DNA of 64,000 bases, from contig CAWHFW010000005.1 in assembly GCA_963828735.1 (NCBI GenBank), forward strand, positions 800,001 to 864,000. The letters run 5' to 3'. Below, one piece after another: positions 1 through 9,575 of the stretch (position 1 is the first letter of the stretch; each line of letters starts with the position of its first letter). This stretch comes from an uncultured Gemmatimonadales bacterium (GTDB taxonomy: Bacteria > Gemmatimonadota > Gemmatimonadetes > Gemmatimonadales > GWC2-71-9). The notes beneath the pieces are model-generated. The model ran no database searches, was not told where the DNA came from, and saw nothing but the letters and a program-made list of their open reading frames with translations. The position numbers and the translations under genes were made by a program.

Positions 1-419
1 ATCTGGTCGGCGATGAGCATGACCGTGCCCGAGCCGAAGCTCCGCCGGATTCCGCCCGCCGCGTTCGTGAGGACGAGTGTCTCGACGCCGAGCCGCGCGA
101 AGACGCGCACGGGCAGCGCGGTAAGCGCCGGCGGGTGACCCTCGTACATGTGGAAACGCCCGCTCTGCACCAGCACGCTCCGACCGGCGAGCGTACCCGC
201 GACGAGCTCGCCGCTGTGGCCGATCACCGTGGGCGAGGGAAAGTGCGGAATCCGGTGATAGGGCACGCGCACCGCGTCGGTCAGCCGCTCCGCGAACTGC
301 CCCAGCCCCGAGCCGAGCACGATCGCGACGCTCGGCGTCCGCCCGCCAAGGTGCTCCCGGAGGGCCGCCGCGGCTTCGTCGGCCATCGCGGCCCAGGCCG
401 CCGTCCCGCTCGCGGTCAC
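1..419 (-). CDS. punA: Purine nucleoside phosphorylase (trimeric PNP family), runs off the left edge of the window
   Basis: Not in the ORF track; translated by hand: GTG at 419 overlaps the nupC stop and reads ...AIVLGSGLG...IPHFPSPTVIGHSGELV...GRFHMYEG...LVLTNAAGG, the PNP family motifs. Confidence 0.93.
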   Translation of the reverse strand, partial: MTASGTAAWAAMADEAAAALREHLGGRTPSVAIVLGSGLGQFAERLTDAVRVPYHRIPHFPSPTVIGHSGELVAGTLAGRSVLVQSGRFHMYEGHPPALTALPVRVFARLGVETLVLTNAAGGIRRSFGSGTVMLIADQ

Positions 420-1879
420 AGCAGGATGCCCGCGATCGTGGCGGAGAGGAAGTTGGCGAGCGTGCCGGCCAGCATGGCGCGGAGGCCCAGCCGCGCGAGG
501 TCGCGCTTCCGCTCCGGGACGAGCGCGCCGATGCCGCCGAGCTGGATGCCGACCGAGCTGAAGTTGGCGAAGCCCGCCAGCGCGAACGACGCGATCGTGA
601 ACGAGCGGGGGTCCAGCTGGGCCTTCAGCGGCGCCAGCTGCGCGTAGGCGATGAACTCGTTCAGCACCATGCGGGTGCCGAGCAGGCTGCCGATCACGCC
701 GCTGTCGTGCCACGGTACGCCCATCGCCCACGCGATCGGCCGGAAGATCCAGCCGAGCACCGTCTGCAGGTTGGCGGGGAACCAGTCGACGTAGCGGTGG
801 ATGGCGCCGAACCCGCCGTTCAGCAGCGCCACCAGGGCCACGAACGAGACCAGCATCGCGATCACGTTGAGCATGAGCTGGAGACCCTCGCTCGTGCCGC
901 GGGCCGCGGCCTCGAGCAGGTTCACGTCCTGCTTCGGCATGTCGAGCGTGACCGTGCCGTAGGTCTCGGGCGTCTCGGTCTCGGGCTCGAACAGCTTGGC
1001 CATCATGATCGTGCCCGGCGCGGTCATGATGACCGCGGTGAGCAGGTGGCGCGCCTCGATCCCGAACGCGATGTAGGCCACCATGATCGATCCCGAGATG
1101 TGGGCCATGCCGGAGGTCATGACGGTCATGAGCTCCGACCGGGTCATGCGCGGCAGGAACGGGCGAATGGTGAGCGGCGCCTCGGTCTGTCCCATGAAGA
1201 TCGAGGCGGCCACGTTGAGGCTCTCGGCGCCGCTCGCGCCCATGACGCGGCTCATCACCACGGCGAACGCCCGGACGATGAGCTGCATGATGCCGAGGTA
1301 ATAGAGGATGGCGAACAGCGCGCTGACGAAGATGATCGCCGGCAGGAGCTGGAAGGCGAAGATGACCCCCAGGCTCGAATGCTGCTTGCCCAGCTCGCCG
1401 AAGACGAATTCCGAGCCGATGTACGAGTATCCGAGGATGCCGGTGACCAGGTTCCCCAGCCAGCGGAAGAGCGCCTGCCCCGCCGGAATGCGCAGCACGA
1501 AGATCGCGAAGAGGAGCTGCAGTCCGAGCCCCCACGCGATGACGCGCCACCGGATGGCGCTCCGGTTGTGCGAGAGGAGGATCCCGATCGCGAGGATGAG
1601 CGCGAGGCCGACCAGCCCGGACAAGCGGCTGACGAGGGACGTCGGACCGGTAGAGGCGACCGGAGTCGGCGCCTGGACCTGCGCGCCGGGGACGGTCGGC
1701 GGCGCCTGAACGGTCGCGGTGCCGGCGCTCGAGTCCGCCTGGATCGCGGTGGTCCGCGCGAGCGGCAGCTCCATCGCGGCGAGCCCGCGCCAGGCCAGGC
1801 CCGGAATCAGCCACGAGCCCGCGATGGCAAGCCCGATCACGGCAACGGCCACGACGATCGAACGACCGCGCATCGGCAT
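416..1879 (-). CDS. nupC: Concentrative nucleoside transporter (NupC/CNT family) with N-terminal extension
   Basis: Motifs FAFQLLPAIIFVSAL, ASIFMGQTEAPL, NEFIAY and FALAGFANFSSVGI. ATG at 1879 with GGAG upstream is preferred over the ORF-track start at 2122. Confidence 0.93.
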   Translation of the reverse strand: MPMRGRSIVVAVAVIGLAIAGSWLIPGLAWRGLAAMELPLARTTAIQADSSAGTATVQAPPTVPGAQVQAPTPVASTGPTSLVSRLSGLVGLALILAIGILLSHNRSAIRWRVIAWGLGLQLLFAIFVLRIPAGQALFRWLGNLVTGILGYSYIGSEFVFGELGKQHSSLGVIFAFQLLPAIIFVSALFAILYYLGIMQLIVRAFAVVMSRVMGASGAESLNVAASIFMGQTEAPLTIRPFLPRMTRSELMTVMTSGMAHISGSIMVAYIAFGIEARHLLTAVIMTAPGTIMMAKLFEPETETPETYGTVTLDMPKQDVNLLEAAARGTSEGLQLMLNVIAMLVSFVALVALLNGGFGAIHRYVDWFPANLQTVLGWIFRPIAWAMGVPWHDSGVIGSLLGTRMVLNEFIAYAQLAPLKAQLDPRSFTIASFALAGFANFSSVGIQLGGIGALVPERKRDLARLGLRAMLAGTLANFLSATIAGILL

Positions 1880-1941
1880 GCCTGCTCCACGATGTGAGTG
1901 AGGATGTTGGGATACCGGGTCCAGCGACGACACGAGCCGGC

Positions 1942-2967
1942 CTATTGCAGCGCCGCCAGCTCCTCCGCCACCCGCTCGACCAATGCCTGGCGCTCGGGCC
2001 ACGGCAGAAACGCGTTCGCGAAGCCGTCGAGGATGCACCGGTCGATCTCGGACCGGGTGAATCCGAGCTGCGTGTGCGCAAGCCAGTACTCGTCGCTCAG
2101 CGTCACCCCAGTCATGAGCCACCCGTCCGTGCAGAGCGTCACCGCAAGCCCGGCATCGAGGTAGGCGCGCACCGGGTGCTCCGAGGCGCGCGCCACGGCG
2201 CGGGTCTGGACGTTGCTGGTGATGTTGGTCTCGATGAGCAGCCGGCGGTCGCGAATATAGTCGCGCAGCACCGGATCTTCGTAGAGGCGCGTTCCGTGAC
2301 CGATCCGGTCGGCGTGGCAGTGGTGCACCGCCTCCGCGATGGACCCCGCGCCGGCCGCCTCGCCGGCGTGCACGGTGATCCCCAGGTTCCCGTCCGCCGC
2401 GGCGTCGAAGGCGGCCTGATGGACCCCTGGCGGCCGGCCCGCCTCACCGCCGGCGAGATCGAACGCGACGACCCCGCGATCCCGGTACGCCACGCTGAGC
2501 CGGGCGATGGCCAGCGAGACATCCGGGGAGTAGTGTCGGAGCGAGCAGTTGATGACGCGGGTGATCACCCCGAAATCGCGCTCCCCACGCGCCAGCCCCC
2601 GGAGCTCCGCCTCCAATGCCTGCTCCATCGTGAGCCCGCCCCGGGTGCTCAGCTTGGGGCAGTACCGCACCTCCAGGTACCGCAGGCCGTCGCGCGCGGC
2701 GTCCTCGACCATCTCGTAGGCCACCCGCTCGATGCCTTCGGGCGCCTGCAGCAGTGGGATGGTGTACTCGAAGCGCGCGAGGTAGTCCTCGAGGCTGCTC
2801 GCGTCATCCACCACCATGAACTGTTGGAGCCCGTCGAGGTCGGTCGTCGGGAGCTCGAACCTGGCCTGGCGCGCGAGCTCGACCATCGTCGCCGGACGGA
2901 GGGCGCTGTCCAGGTGCACGTGCAGCTCCGCCTTGGGCAGGCGGGTCAGCAGCTCACGCGTGAGCAT
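1942..2967 (-). CDS. add: Adenosine deaminase
   Basis: LPKAELHVHLD, FDLAGGE, TVHAGE, RIGHG and TSNVQT motifs. ATG at 2967. Confidence 0.93.
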   Translation of the reverse strand: MLTRELLTRLPKAELHVHLDSALRPATMVELARQARFELPTTDLDGLQQFMVVDDASSLEDYLARFEYTIPLLQAPEGIERVAYEMVEDAARDGLRYLEVRYCPKLSTRGGLTMEQALEAELRGLARGERDFGVITRVINCSLRHYSPDVSLAIARLSVAYRDRGVVAFDLAGGEAGRPPGVHQAAFDAAADGNLGITVHAGEAAGAGSIAEAVHHCHADRIGHGTRLYEDPVLRDYIRDRRLLIETNITSNVQTRAVARASEHPVRAYLDAGLAVTLCTDGWLMTGVTLSDEYWLAHTQLGFTRSEIDRCILDGFANAFLPWPERQALVERVAEELAALQ

Positions 2968-3199
2968 CGGTGTCCGGTTCACCGCGGCGCGCACGGACGA
3001 TCACGCGGAGGATGGACCCCGCGGCGAGCGCACCGTCCAGCGGCACCGCGATCCCCCGCGCGTCGGTCACCATCGCGCCGCCCGACGCGGCATGTGCCTC
3101 GAGCTCGGGATCATGAGCGCGGATGGCCCCGCGGACATCGGTGCCCGCCTCCACATCCACCGGCACCGCATTGATGAACACCCGCATCCCCGCGCTCAC
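2954..3199 (-). CDS. Small hypothetical protein, possible ThiS/MoaD-like beta-grasp fold without C-terminal GG
   Basis: MRVFINAVPVDVEAGTDVRGAI...DGALAAGSILRV resembles the ubiquitin-like pattern. It overlaps both neighbouring genes (translational coupling). Alternative ATG at 3187. Confidence 0.65.
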   Translation of the reverse strand: MSAGMRVFINAVPVDVEAGTDVRGAIRAHDPELEAHAASGGAMVTDARGIAVPLDGALAAGSILRVIVRARRGEPDTDAHA

Positions 3200-6100
3200 G
3201 GTCGGGTGGACAGGAACGCCACCGCCCCCGCCACCTCAACCGGCTGGGGAAGCCGCCGCAGGAAGGTGGCGACGGCCTCCACGTCGATCAGCCCCGCGCG
3301 CTGGTACTGGACCTCGCGCAGCGTGGTGAGCCCGCCCGCGCCCTCCGCGGTCGGGAGATCGGTCGCGAGCGTCACTTCGGCGTCGGGCTTGAGCTTGCGC
3401 CCGCCCTGGAGCGTCACGCCGCGAACCCGCCGCCCCGACGGCGCCTTCGGATCGTATCGCACCTGCAGTCCGGCGAGGTGCACGCTCGGACCGTCGGCGA
3501 GCAGGAGCGACTGCTCCAGCAGGGCCGTGAGCTGCGTGCCCGTGAGCGTCACTCGCACGAGGTCGGAACGGGCGGGCTCGACCGCGGAGAGCCTCGCGTA
3601 GGTCGCCGAGCCCGCGGGAAGGTCGGCGCGAATCGTCTCGCTCCGCACCAGGCCGATGTCGGCGCGCAGCACGTTCCGCCGCGCTTCGGCGATCAGGGCG
3701 CCGAGCGGATACTGGGCGCCGCCGCGCTCCAGCGGTCGCTTGATCTCGGCGATCGGGCGCGCGAGGAGCGTGTCGCTTCGGCGCGTGTAGGTCTCGAGCG
3801 CGGCCCGGAGCTCGGTGCCGCCGCCCGAGCGCGCCGAGTCCACCGGGGACACGCCGACCCGGAACTCGAGCCCGCCGGCTGGCGTCTTCACCAGATCCGC
3901 CACGCCCACCATCCGCCCCTCGCTTCCGGTCTCGAGAATGGGGATCCCGGCCACCCGCGCGGTGATCGCACGGTGCGTATGTCCGGCGACGATCAGGCTC
4001 ACGCCGCTCCGCCCGAGCTCCTCCGCGAGACGCATGATCTCGCCGGTACACACCACCGAATCGCAGCTCCCGCCCGCGTGGGCCAGCAGGATCGTGATCG
4101 CCGGCTTCCGCGCCGCGACCTGGCCGAGCACATCGTGCAGCGCCAGCTCGCCCTCGTTGAAGCGCAGGCCGCGGGTGCGATCGGCGGGAAGCGTGCGCTT
4201 CGTCTCGGGCGTAATGTAGCCGATCACCGCGACCGGCATGCCCGCCACGTCGAGCACGCGAAATGGCTCGATCCAGTCGGGCCGCAGGCCCGAGACGCTG
4301 TCCACGATGTTCGCCGCCAGCCAGGGATAGGGTGACTCGCCCATCCGGTCGCGCAACACGTCGAGGGACCAGTCGAAATCGTGGTCGCCAAGCGCTGCGG
4401 CGGCGAATCCGAGTCGCCCCAACACCTCCATGCCCGCGCGCCCCCGCGTCTCGTCCTGGACCGGGGTGCCCTGCATCGCGTCGCCCGCGTCGAGGCGAAC
4501 GGACGGGCAGTCGCACTCCTTGCCGAGGCTGTCGAGCGCGGCGGCGAGCGCGCCCGCGCCGGGCAGGAAGCGGCCATGCAGGTCACCGGTCGCCAGGACG
4601 CGGAGGAGGACGGTGTCGCGCGCCGCCTTGGGGAGCGGCGGCGCGGGGACGCCGAAGAGCCCGCGCACGGCGCGGTCGGCCACCTCGGGCACGATCCTCC
4701 AGCTCGATATCCCCGCCAGCTCGGTCGAGTCGAGCGGGCTCCGGGCGCGCACCGCGTCGAAGAGCAGGTCGAAGATGCGCTCGCCCTTGTCATAGACGAT
4801 CGGCGCGCCTCGGACCATGTCGTAGCCGCCGGCCCCCGTCTGCCGATAGCTGTTGATCGCCATCGTGAAGCTGTCGGTCGGCTCGACCGCGCGACCGCGG
4901 ACGCTGAGGTGCTGGATCCGGTCGCCGACGGCGTGGCGCAGGTCGATCTCGTAGCTCGCGCCGGCCACCACGTCGTAGTTGTAGCCCGGCACCGAGTCGT
5001 TGATCCCGACGCGACCCGCCGGATCCACGCGGTAGTATCGCGCGCTCCACTCGAGATACGCCTTGAGCTTCGCGCCGCTCAGCCGGATGGCCCGGAGGGT
5101 ATTGTCGAACGGGTACAGCGCGAGCACGTGGCTCACGCGGATGGTATCGGCGTCGAACCCCGCGCGGAGGTCGAACGCGGAGGCCGCCGAGAGCTGCGCC
5201 CGCGTCCGGCGGAGCTGGACGTCCTGGACGAAGTCGAGGATCGGCGTGGGACCCACCCGCGCCGCCGTCGCGCGCATGGGCACGGTCGCGAGGCCGATGG
5301 CGGTCCGTGCCCACCCGCGAACCGCGTCGTGCCAGGGCGCGAGCCGCTGCGCCAGCAGCGTGGACGCGGCGACCTCGCGGGTCGAGACCAGCTCGGCCCG
5401 CACCGCCAGGAGGCGCCAGGCGCCGCCGTTCCGCGCGAGGTCGAGGTGCACCACCGACACGCTCGCCCCGAACGGACGCGGCTGCACGAAGTGGACGCCC
5501 GCGATGACCGAGTCACGCATCTCACGATGCGAGTGCCCGACGACGACGATGTCCGGCTTGGCGGGGAGTCTGGCGAGCCCGGCCGCGACGTTCTCGTCCC
5601 CGACGCCCGTCGTATCGTAGGACGCGCGCCCACCAAGACCCGAGTGCACCAGGGCGACGGTCACGTCGGCGTCGCGCCGCATCGCATCGAGCACGGGGGC
5701 GGCTGCGGGCAGGATCGGCCCGATCCGCGCATTGCCGCGGAGCTGGTCGCGGTCCCACACCATCGTGCCGGGGGTGGTGAGGCCGGTGATCGCGACGCGC
5801 ACGCCCTCACGCTGGACCACGCGCCACGACGGGAAGAGCAGCGAATCGCCCCGGCCCGCGTACACGTTGGCGCTCACGTAAGGAAACCGCGCCTCGGCCA
5901 CCGCCTGCTGGAAGAACGGGACGCCCCAGTCGAAGTCATGATTGCCCGGGGTCGCCGCGTCGTACCCCGCGAGGTTCAGCGCCTCGATCATCGGCGCCGG
6001 CCGCGTGGGAACGACGCGTGCGAAATAGGTGGCGAACGGGTCGCCCTGGAGGAGGTCGCCGGCATCCACCACGACGACCTGGCCGGGATACTGCGCGCGG

Positions 6101-6273
6101 AGTGAGTCCACCACGGTCGCCACCCGCGCGACGCCGCCCGCGAAGGGGCGGTCCGCGATGTAGTCCCAGTCGGTGGCGTGGCCGTGGAGGTCCGTGGTCG
6201 CCACCAGCACGACGTGCGCCGTATCCTGGAGCGGAGCGGCGGCGAGCACGAGCGTGGTGAGGAGGGAGAGCAT
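3196..6273 (-). CDS. Secreted tandem 2',3'-cyclic-nucleotide phosphodiesterase / 5'-nucleotidase (two metallophosphoesterase + 5'-NT C-terminal modules)
   Basis: Signal peptide MLSLLTTLVLAAA. Module 1 has TTDLHG, DAGDLLQG, GNHDFD and GHSH; module 2 has TGDLHG, DAGDAMQG, GDHDFD and GHTH. Confidence 0.88.
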   Translation of the reverse strand: MLSLLTTLVLAAAPLQDTAHVVLVATTDLHGHATDWDYIADRPFAGGVARVATVVDSLRAQYPGQVVVVDAGDLLQGDPFATYFARVVPTRPAPMIEALNLAGYDAATPGNHDFDWGVPFFQQAVAEARFPYVSANVYAGRGDSLLFPSWRVVQREGVRVAITGLTTPGTMVWDRDQLRGNARIGPILPAAAPVLDAMRRDADVTVALVHSGLGGRASYDTTGVGDENVAAGLARLPAKPDIVVVGHSHREMRDSVIAGVHFVQPRPFGASVSVVHLDLARNGGAWRLLAVRAELVSTREVAASTLLAQRLAPWHDAVRGWARTAIGLATVPMRATAARVGPTPILDFVQDVQLRRTRAQLSAASAFDLRAGFDADTIRVSHVLALYPFDNTLRAIRLSGAKLKAYLEWSARYYRVDPAGRVGINDSVPGYNYDVVAGASYEIDLRHAVGDRIQHLSVRGRAVEPTDSFTMAINSYRQTGAGGYDMVRGAPIVYDKGERIFDLLFDAVRARSPLDSTELAGISSWRIVPEVADRAVRGLFGVPAPPLPKAARDTVLLRVLATGDLHGRFLPGAGALAAALDSLGKECDCPSVRLDAGDAMQGTPVQDETRGRAGMEVLGRLGFAAAALGDHDFDWSLDVLRDRMGESPYPWLAANIVDSVSGLRPDWIEPFRVLDVAGMPVAVIGYITPETKRTLPADRTRGLRFNEGELALHDVLGQVAARKPAITILLAHAGGSCDSVVCTGEIMRLAEELGRSGVSLIVAGHTHRAITARVAGIPILETGSEGRMVGVADLVKTPAGGLEFRVGVSPVDSARSGGGTELRAALETYTRRSDTLLARPIAEIKRPLERGGAQYPLGALIAEARRNVLRADIGLVRSETIRADLPAGSATYARLSAVEPARSDLVRVTLTGTQLTALLEQSLLLADGPSVHLAGLQVRYDPKAPSGRRVRGVTLQGGRKLKPDAEVTLATDLPTAEGAGGLTTLREVQYQRAGLIDVEAVATFLRRLPQPVEVAGAVAFLSTRP

Positions 6274-6375
6274 CGGGAAGAAATATGGAGGCGGGGGGTG
6301 CGCGCTGTCATCCTGCGCAGAGGCCGCGGTGTGGGCTCCGGCCGCGCGCTTTGCGGACCGCACGCGCATCCGCCC

Positions 6376-6406
6376 TTGCGTATATACGGCGACACGTATA
6401 TATGTT
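6376..6406 (+). promoter_or_regulatory. Putative arsR-phoBR promoter with 8-6-8 inverted repeat operator
   Basis: TATATACG-GCGACA-CGTATATA (6381-6402) is a perfect AT-rich inverted repeat. It overlaps TTGCGT (6376-6381) and a TATGTT -10-like hexamer (6401-6406) 7 nt before the ATG. Confidence 0.6.
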
Positions 6407-6413
6407 TGTCCGC

Positions 6414-6779
6414 ATGGACCTGCCGCTGTCCTCCACCGAGCTGCTGCTCACGGTCGCCGAGCCGACCCGGCTCCGCATCCTCAATTGCCTGGCGGCGGCG
6501 CCGCTCTTCGTGTCCGACTTGCAGGCGGTCCTCGATCTCCCTCAGCCGACCGTATCGCGGCACCTTCAGGTGCTCCGGCGCGTCGATGTAGTCCGCGACA
6601 CCCCGATCGCCCAATTCGTGCTCTACCGCCTCCGCCGAGACCTCGGTACGCAGGGCCGGCTTCTGTCGGCCATTCTGGACGCCGTCGTGCACGACGACGC
6701 GTCCATGCGCAGCGAGCGGGATCGCGCGGCCGAGCGGAGTCGGTCGCACACCAAGTCCCGGGTGGAGAGGATCTCATGA
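6414..6779 (+). CDS. ArsR/SmtB family transcriptional regulator
   Basis: AEPTRLRILNCL...LFVSDLQAVLDLPQPTVSRHLQVLR winged-HTH pattern. Confidence 0.88.
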   Translation: MDLPLSSTELLLTVAEPTRLRILNCLAAAPLFVSDLQAVLDLPQPTVSRHLQVLRRVDVVRDTPIAQFVLYRLRRDLGTQGRLLSAILDAVVHDDASMRSERDRAAERSRSHTKSRVERIS

Positions 6780-7483
6780 CGCACCGCATTCTCGTGGTCG
6801 ACGACGAGCCGGACATCACCGCGCTCGTGGCCTACCATCTCGCGAAGGCCGGCTTCCGGGTCTCGACGGCGAATACCGGTCCCGATGCGCTCAAGGCCGC
6901 GCGGGAGGAGCGCCCGGACATCGTGATCCTGGACCTCATGCTGCCCGGGGTCTCGGGCTACGACGTCCTCGCGGAGCTCCGCAAGCGCGACGAGACCCGC
7001 GATGTCGGCGTCATCCTGCTCACCGCCCGGCGGGAGGAAACCGACCGGATCCGCGGCCTTTCCCTCGGCGCCGACGACTACCTGACCAAGCCGTTCTCCC
7101 CGCAGGAGCTGTCACTCCGCGTGCGGGGGTTGCTCCGCCGCCTGGCCTCCCCGCCGGTCACGGCAGGGAGCACCCTGGCCGCCGGCCCGATCAGCATCGA
7201 CCGCTCCGCGCACCGGGCGAGCGTCGGCGGACAGGAGCTCAACCTCACGGCCACCGAATACAAGCTGCTGCTCACGCTGGTCGAGCGTCGCGGCCGGGTG
7301 CAGACCCGTCCGCAGCTGCTCGAGACGGTGTGGGAGGCGCAGCCCGACATCCAGACCCGCACGGTGGACATGCACGTCCAGCGCCTCCGCACGAAGCTCG
7401 GCGAGGCCGGGAAACTGATCGAGACGGTGCGCGGATTCGGCTACCGGTTCCGCGGCACCGAGCGGGGGGCGCGCGCCAGGTGA
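6776..7483 (+). CDS. phoB: Phosphate regulon response regulator (OmpR/PhoB family)
   Basis: ILVVDDE, LDLMLP, GADDYLTKPF, TRTVDMHVQRLR and ETVRGFGY motifs. ATGA overlap with arsR; adjacent to the pst genes. Confidence 0.88.
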   Translation: MTHRILVVDDEPDITALVAYHLAKAGFRVSTANTGPDALKAAREERPDIVILDLMLPGVSGYDVLAELRKRDETRDVGVILLTARREETDRIRGLSLGADDYLTKPFSPQELSLRVRGLLRRLASPPVTAGSTLAAGPISIDRSAHRASVGGQELNLTATEYKLLLTLVERRGRVQTRPQLLETVWEAQPDIQTRTVDMHVQRLRTKLGEAGKLIETVRGFGYRFRGTERGARAR

Positions 7484-9192
7484 GCTTTGCGCAGCGACTC
7501 GTGCTCGGCACCGTCGCCATCCTGGTCCTCGTCGTGCTGGTGCTGGTCTGGGGCGCGGAGCGCTCGCTCCGGCGCGATCTCGAGGGAGACATCGGCAGCG
7601 GGCTGGAGAACGAGGCCCGGCTGATTCGTGAGGCGCTGCCGGCCGATTCGGCCGCGTGGGACCAGGCCGTGCACCGGCTGGCCGCGCAGAACGGCCACCG
7701 GATCACGATCGTGGACCGGACCGGCCGCGTTCGCGCGGACAGCGATTTCCCGCCGGGCCCGCTGCCGCCGATCGAGAACCACGCCGGACGTCCCGAGGTG
7801 CACGCCGCGCTCGAGGGCCAGCCGGGAGCGGCCACCCGGCGAAGCGAGACGGTGGGGCGTCTGCTCATGTACGTCGCGGTGCCGGGCGGACCGGGCGCGG
7901 TGCGGGTCGCGGCGGACCTGACGCAGGTGGATCAGATCATCCGCCGGGCCCAGGGCGCGGTGGCCGGCGCGGCGCTGCTGGCCCTGTTCCTCGGGACGGT
8001 GCTCGCGCTGATCGCCGGGCGCTCGGTCGCGCGGCCGCTCACGAGCATCGCGGGGGCCGCGCGGGCGATTGCCGCCGGCGCCCCGCCCCGCTTTCCTCGC
8101 TCGGGGATTCCGGACGTGGACGCGCTGGTGCAGTCGCTGCGGCAGATGCACCGGCAGCTCGGCGACCGCTTCGACGAGCTTCGCCGCGAGCAGGCCGAGT
8201 CGGCCGCGCTGGTCGAATCCATGATCGAGGGAGTCGTGGCCGCCGACGGCCGCGGCCGCATCGTGACCGCGAACCCCGCCGCGCGCCGGCTCCTGGGCTA
8301 CGGCGCCACGGAGGCCCTGCCCGACCTGCCCGAGCTGTTCCGGGTGAAGGCCGCGCGCGAGGTCGTGGATGCGGTGCTCAGGGGCGAGCCGGTGGAGGAC
8401 CGCCAGCTCGAGATGGACGACCGGGTCTTCCTGGTGAACGCGCGTCCCCTGCCCACCGGCGGCGCCGTGCTGGTCCTGCACGACCTCACCGAGGTTCGCC
8501 GGCTCGAGGCGGTGCGGCGGGACTTCGTCGCGAACGTCTCGCACGAGCTCAAGACCCCGCTCACCTCGATCTCGGGCTACGCGGAAACGCTCCTGGGTGA
8601 CGCCGCCGACACCGAGACGACCGAGCGCTTCCTCCGCACCATCCTCAGCAACGCGCGTCGCATGCAGCGGCTGGTGGACGACCTGCTCGACCTCTCGCGG
8701 ATCGAGGCCGGCCGCTGGCACCCCACGCTGAGCGAGGTGGACGTCGCGGCCGTGGCGCGGGAAAGCTGGACCGCCCTGGCCGGCCGGGCGGACAGCCACC
8801 GCATCGAGCTGGCGCTCGACGTGTCCTCCGACGCCGTGACCGTCGACGCCGACCTCGACGCCCTGCGGCAGGTCCTGACCAACCTGATGGACAACTCGCT
8901 CCGGCACACGCCCGAAGGCGGCCGCATCACCTGCGTCACCCGCCGGATGGACGGCGGCGTCGCCGTGAGCATCCGCGACAACGGGTCCGGCATCATGCGG
9001 GAGCACCTGCCCCGGATCTTCGAGCGGTTCTACCGCGCGGATCAGTCCCGCTCCCGCGAGGAAGGCGGCACCGGCCTAGGACTCGCCATCGTGAAGCACC
9101 TCGTCGAGGCGCACGGCGGCCGGGTGACCGCCGAGAGCGAGCGGGGCAGCGGCACGACGGTCACCTGCCTCTTTCCCGACCCCCCCGCCTGA
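7480..9192 (+). CDS. phoR: Phosphate regulon sensor histidine kinase
   Basis: Two TM segments, ENHAGRPEV sensor motif, HAMP, PAS, DFVANVSHELKTPL H-box and GGTGLGL G-box. GTG at 7480. Confidence 0.9.
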   Translation: MSFAQRLVLGTVAILVLVVLVLVWGAERSLRRDLEGDIGSGLENEARLIREALPADSAAWDQAVHRLAAQNGHRITIVDRTGRVRADSDFPPGPLPPIENHAGRPEVHAALEGQPGAATRRSETVGRLLMYVAVPGGPGAVRVAADLTQVDQIIRRAQGAVAGAALLALFLGTVLALIAGRSVARPLTSIAGAARAIAAGAPPRFPRSGIPDVDALVQSLRQMHRQLGDRFDELRREQAESAALVESMIEGVVAADGRGRIVTANPAARRLLGYGATEALPDLPELFRVKAAREVVDAVLRGEPVEDRQLEMDDRVFLVNARPLPTGGAVLVLHDLTEVRRLEAVRRDFVANVSHELKTPLTSISGYAETLLGDAADTETTERFLRTILSNARRMQRLVDDLLDLSRIEAGRWHPTLSEVDVAAVARESWTALAGRADSHRIELALDVSSDAVTVDADLDALRQVLTNLMDNSLRHTPEGGRITCVTRRMDGGVAVSIRDNGSGIMREHLPRIFERFYRADQSRSREEGGTGLGLAIVKHLVEAHGGRVTAESERGSGTTVTCLFPDPPA

Positions 9193-9446
9193 GGCCGTCC
9201 GCCCCCGCACACCTCCCGGTAGCTCGCGTCCAGGCGTCGAGCTCCCGATCCTAGCTCAAGCCTTCCGCGGTCGGCGCGCACCCCGCGCCAGTCGCACGCC
9301 ATTCAGCTCCGCTTGTACCCCCGATCGGCACGCCCACGCAATCGTTTCGTCACGCTGATCCCGATATCAGGAGGAGGTGACACGCTCACCGCGCCGAGGC
9401 GCGCAACCGATGGTCTTGGTGAGGTTAGGGCCACTCGTGGCGGTGG

Positions 9447-9485
9447 GTTTACCCGTCTGTTACACGTCCGCCGACGTTCCGTGAC
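9447..9485 (+). promoter_or_regulatory. Pho-box-like 11-bp periodic repeats upstream of the porin
   Basis: GTTTAC (9447), TGTTAC (9458) and CGTGAC (9480) lie in exact 11-bp register. Confidence 0.55.
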
Positions 9486-9575
9486 CGGCGCGGGGCTGTT
9501 TTGGCGGCGCAGAGCGCGACGTCGGCGCTCTTGCAGTGACGGCGTGGTGCAACCGACCCCTACCACGAGGTGCAG

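Noticed and set aside
6173..9192. Long N-terminal extensions on phoB and phoR in the ORF track (similarly nupC, hypB, NiCoT, engB, apbE)
   Set aside because: These are artefacts of few stop codons at high GC; overlapping ATGA/GTGA starts give the normal domain boundaries.
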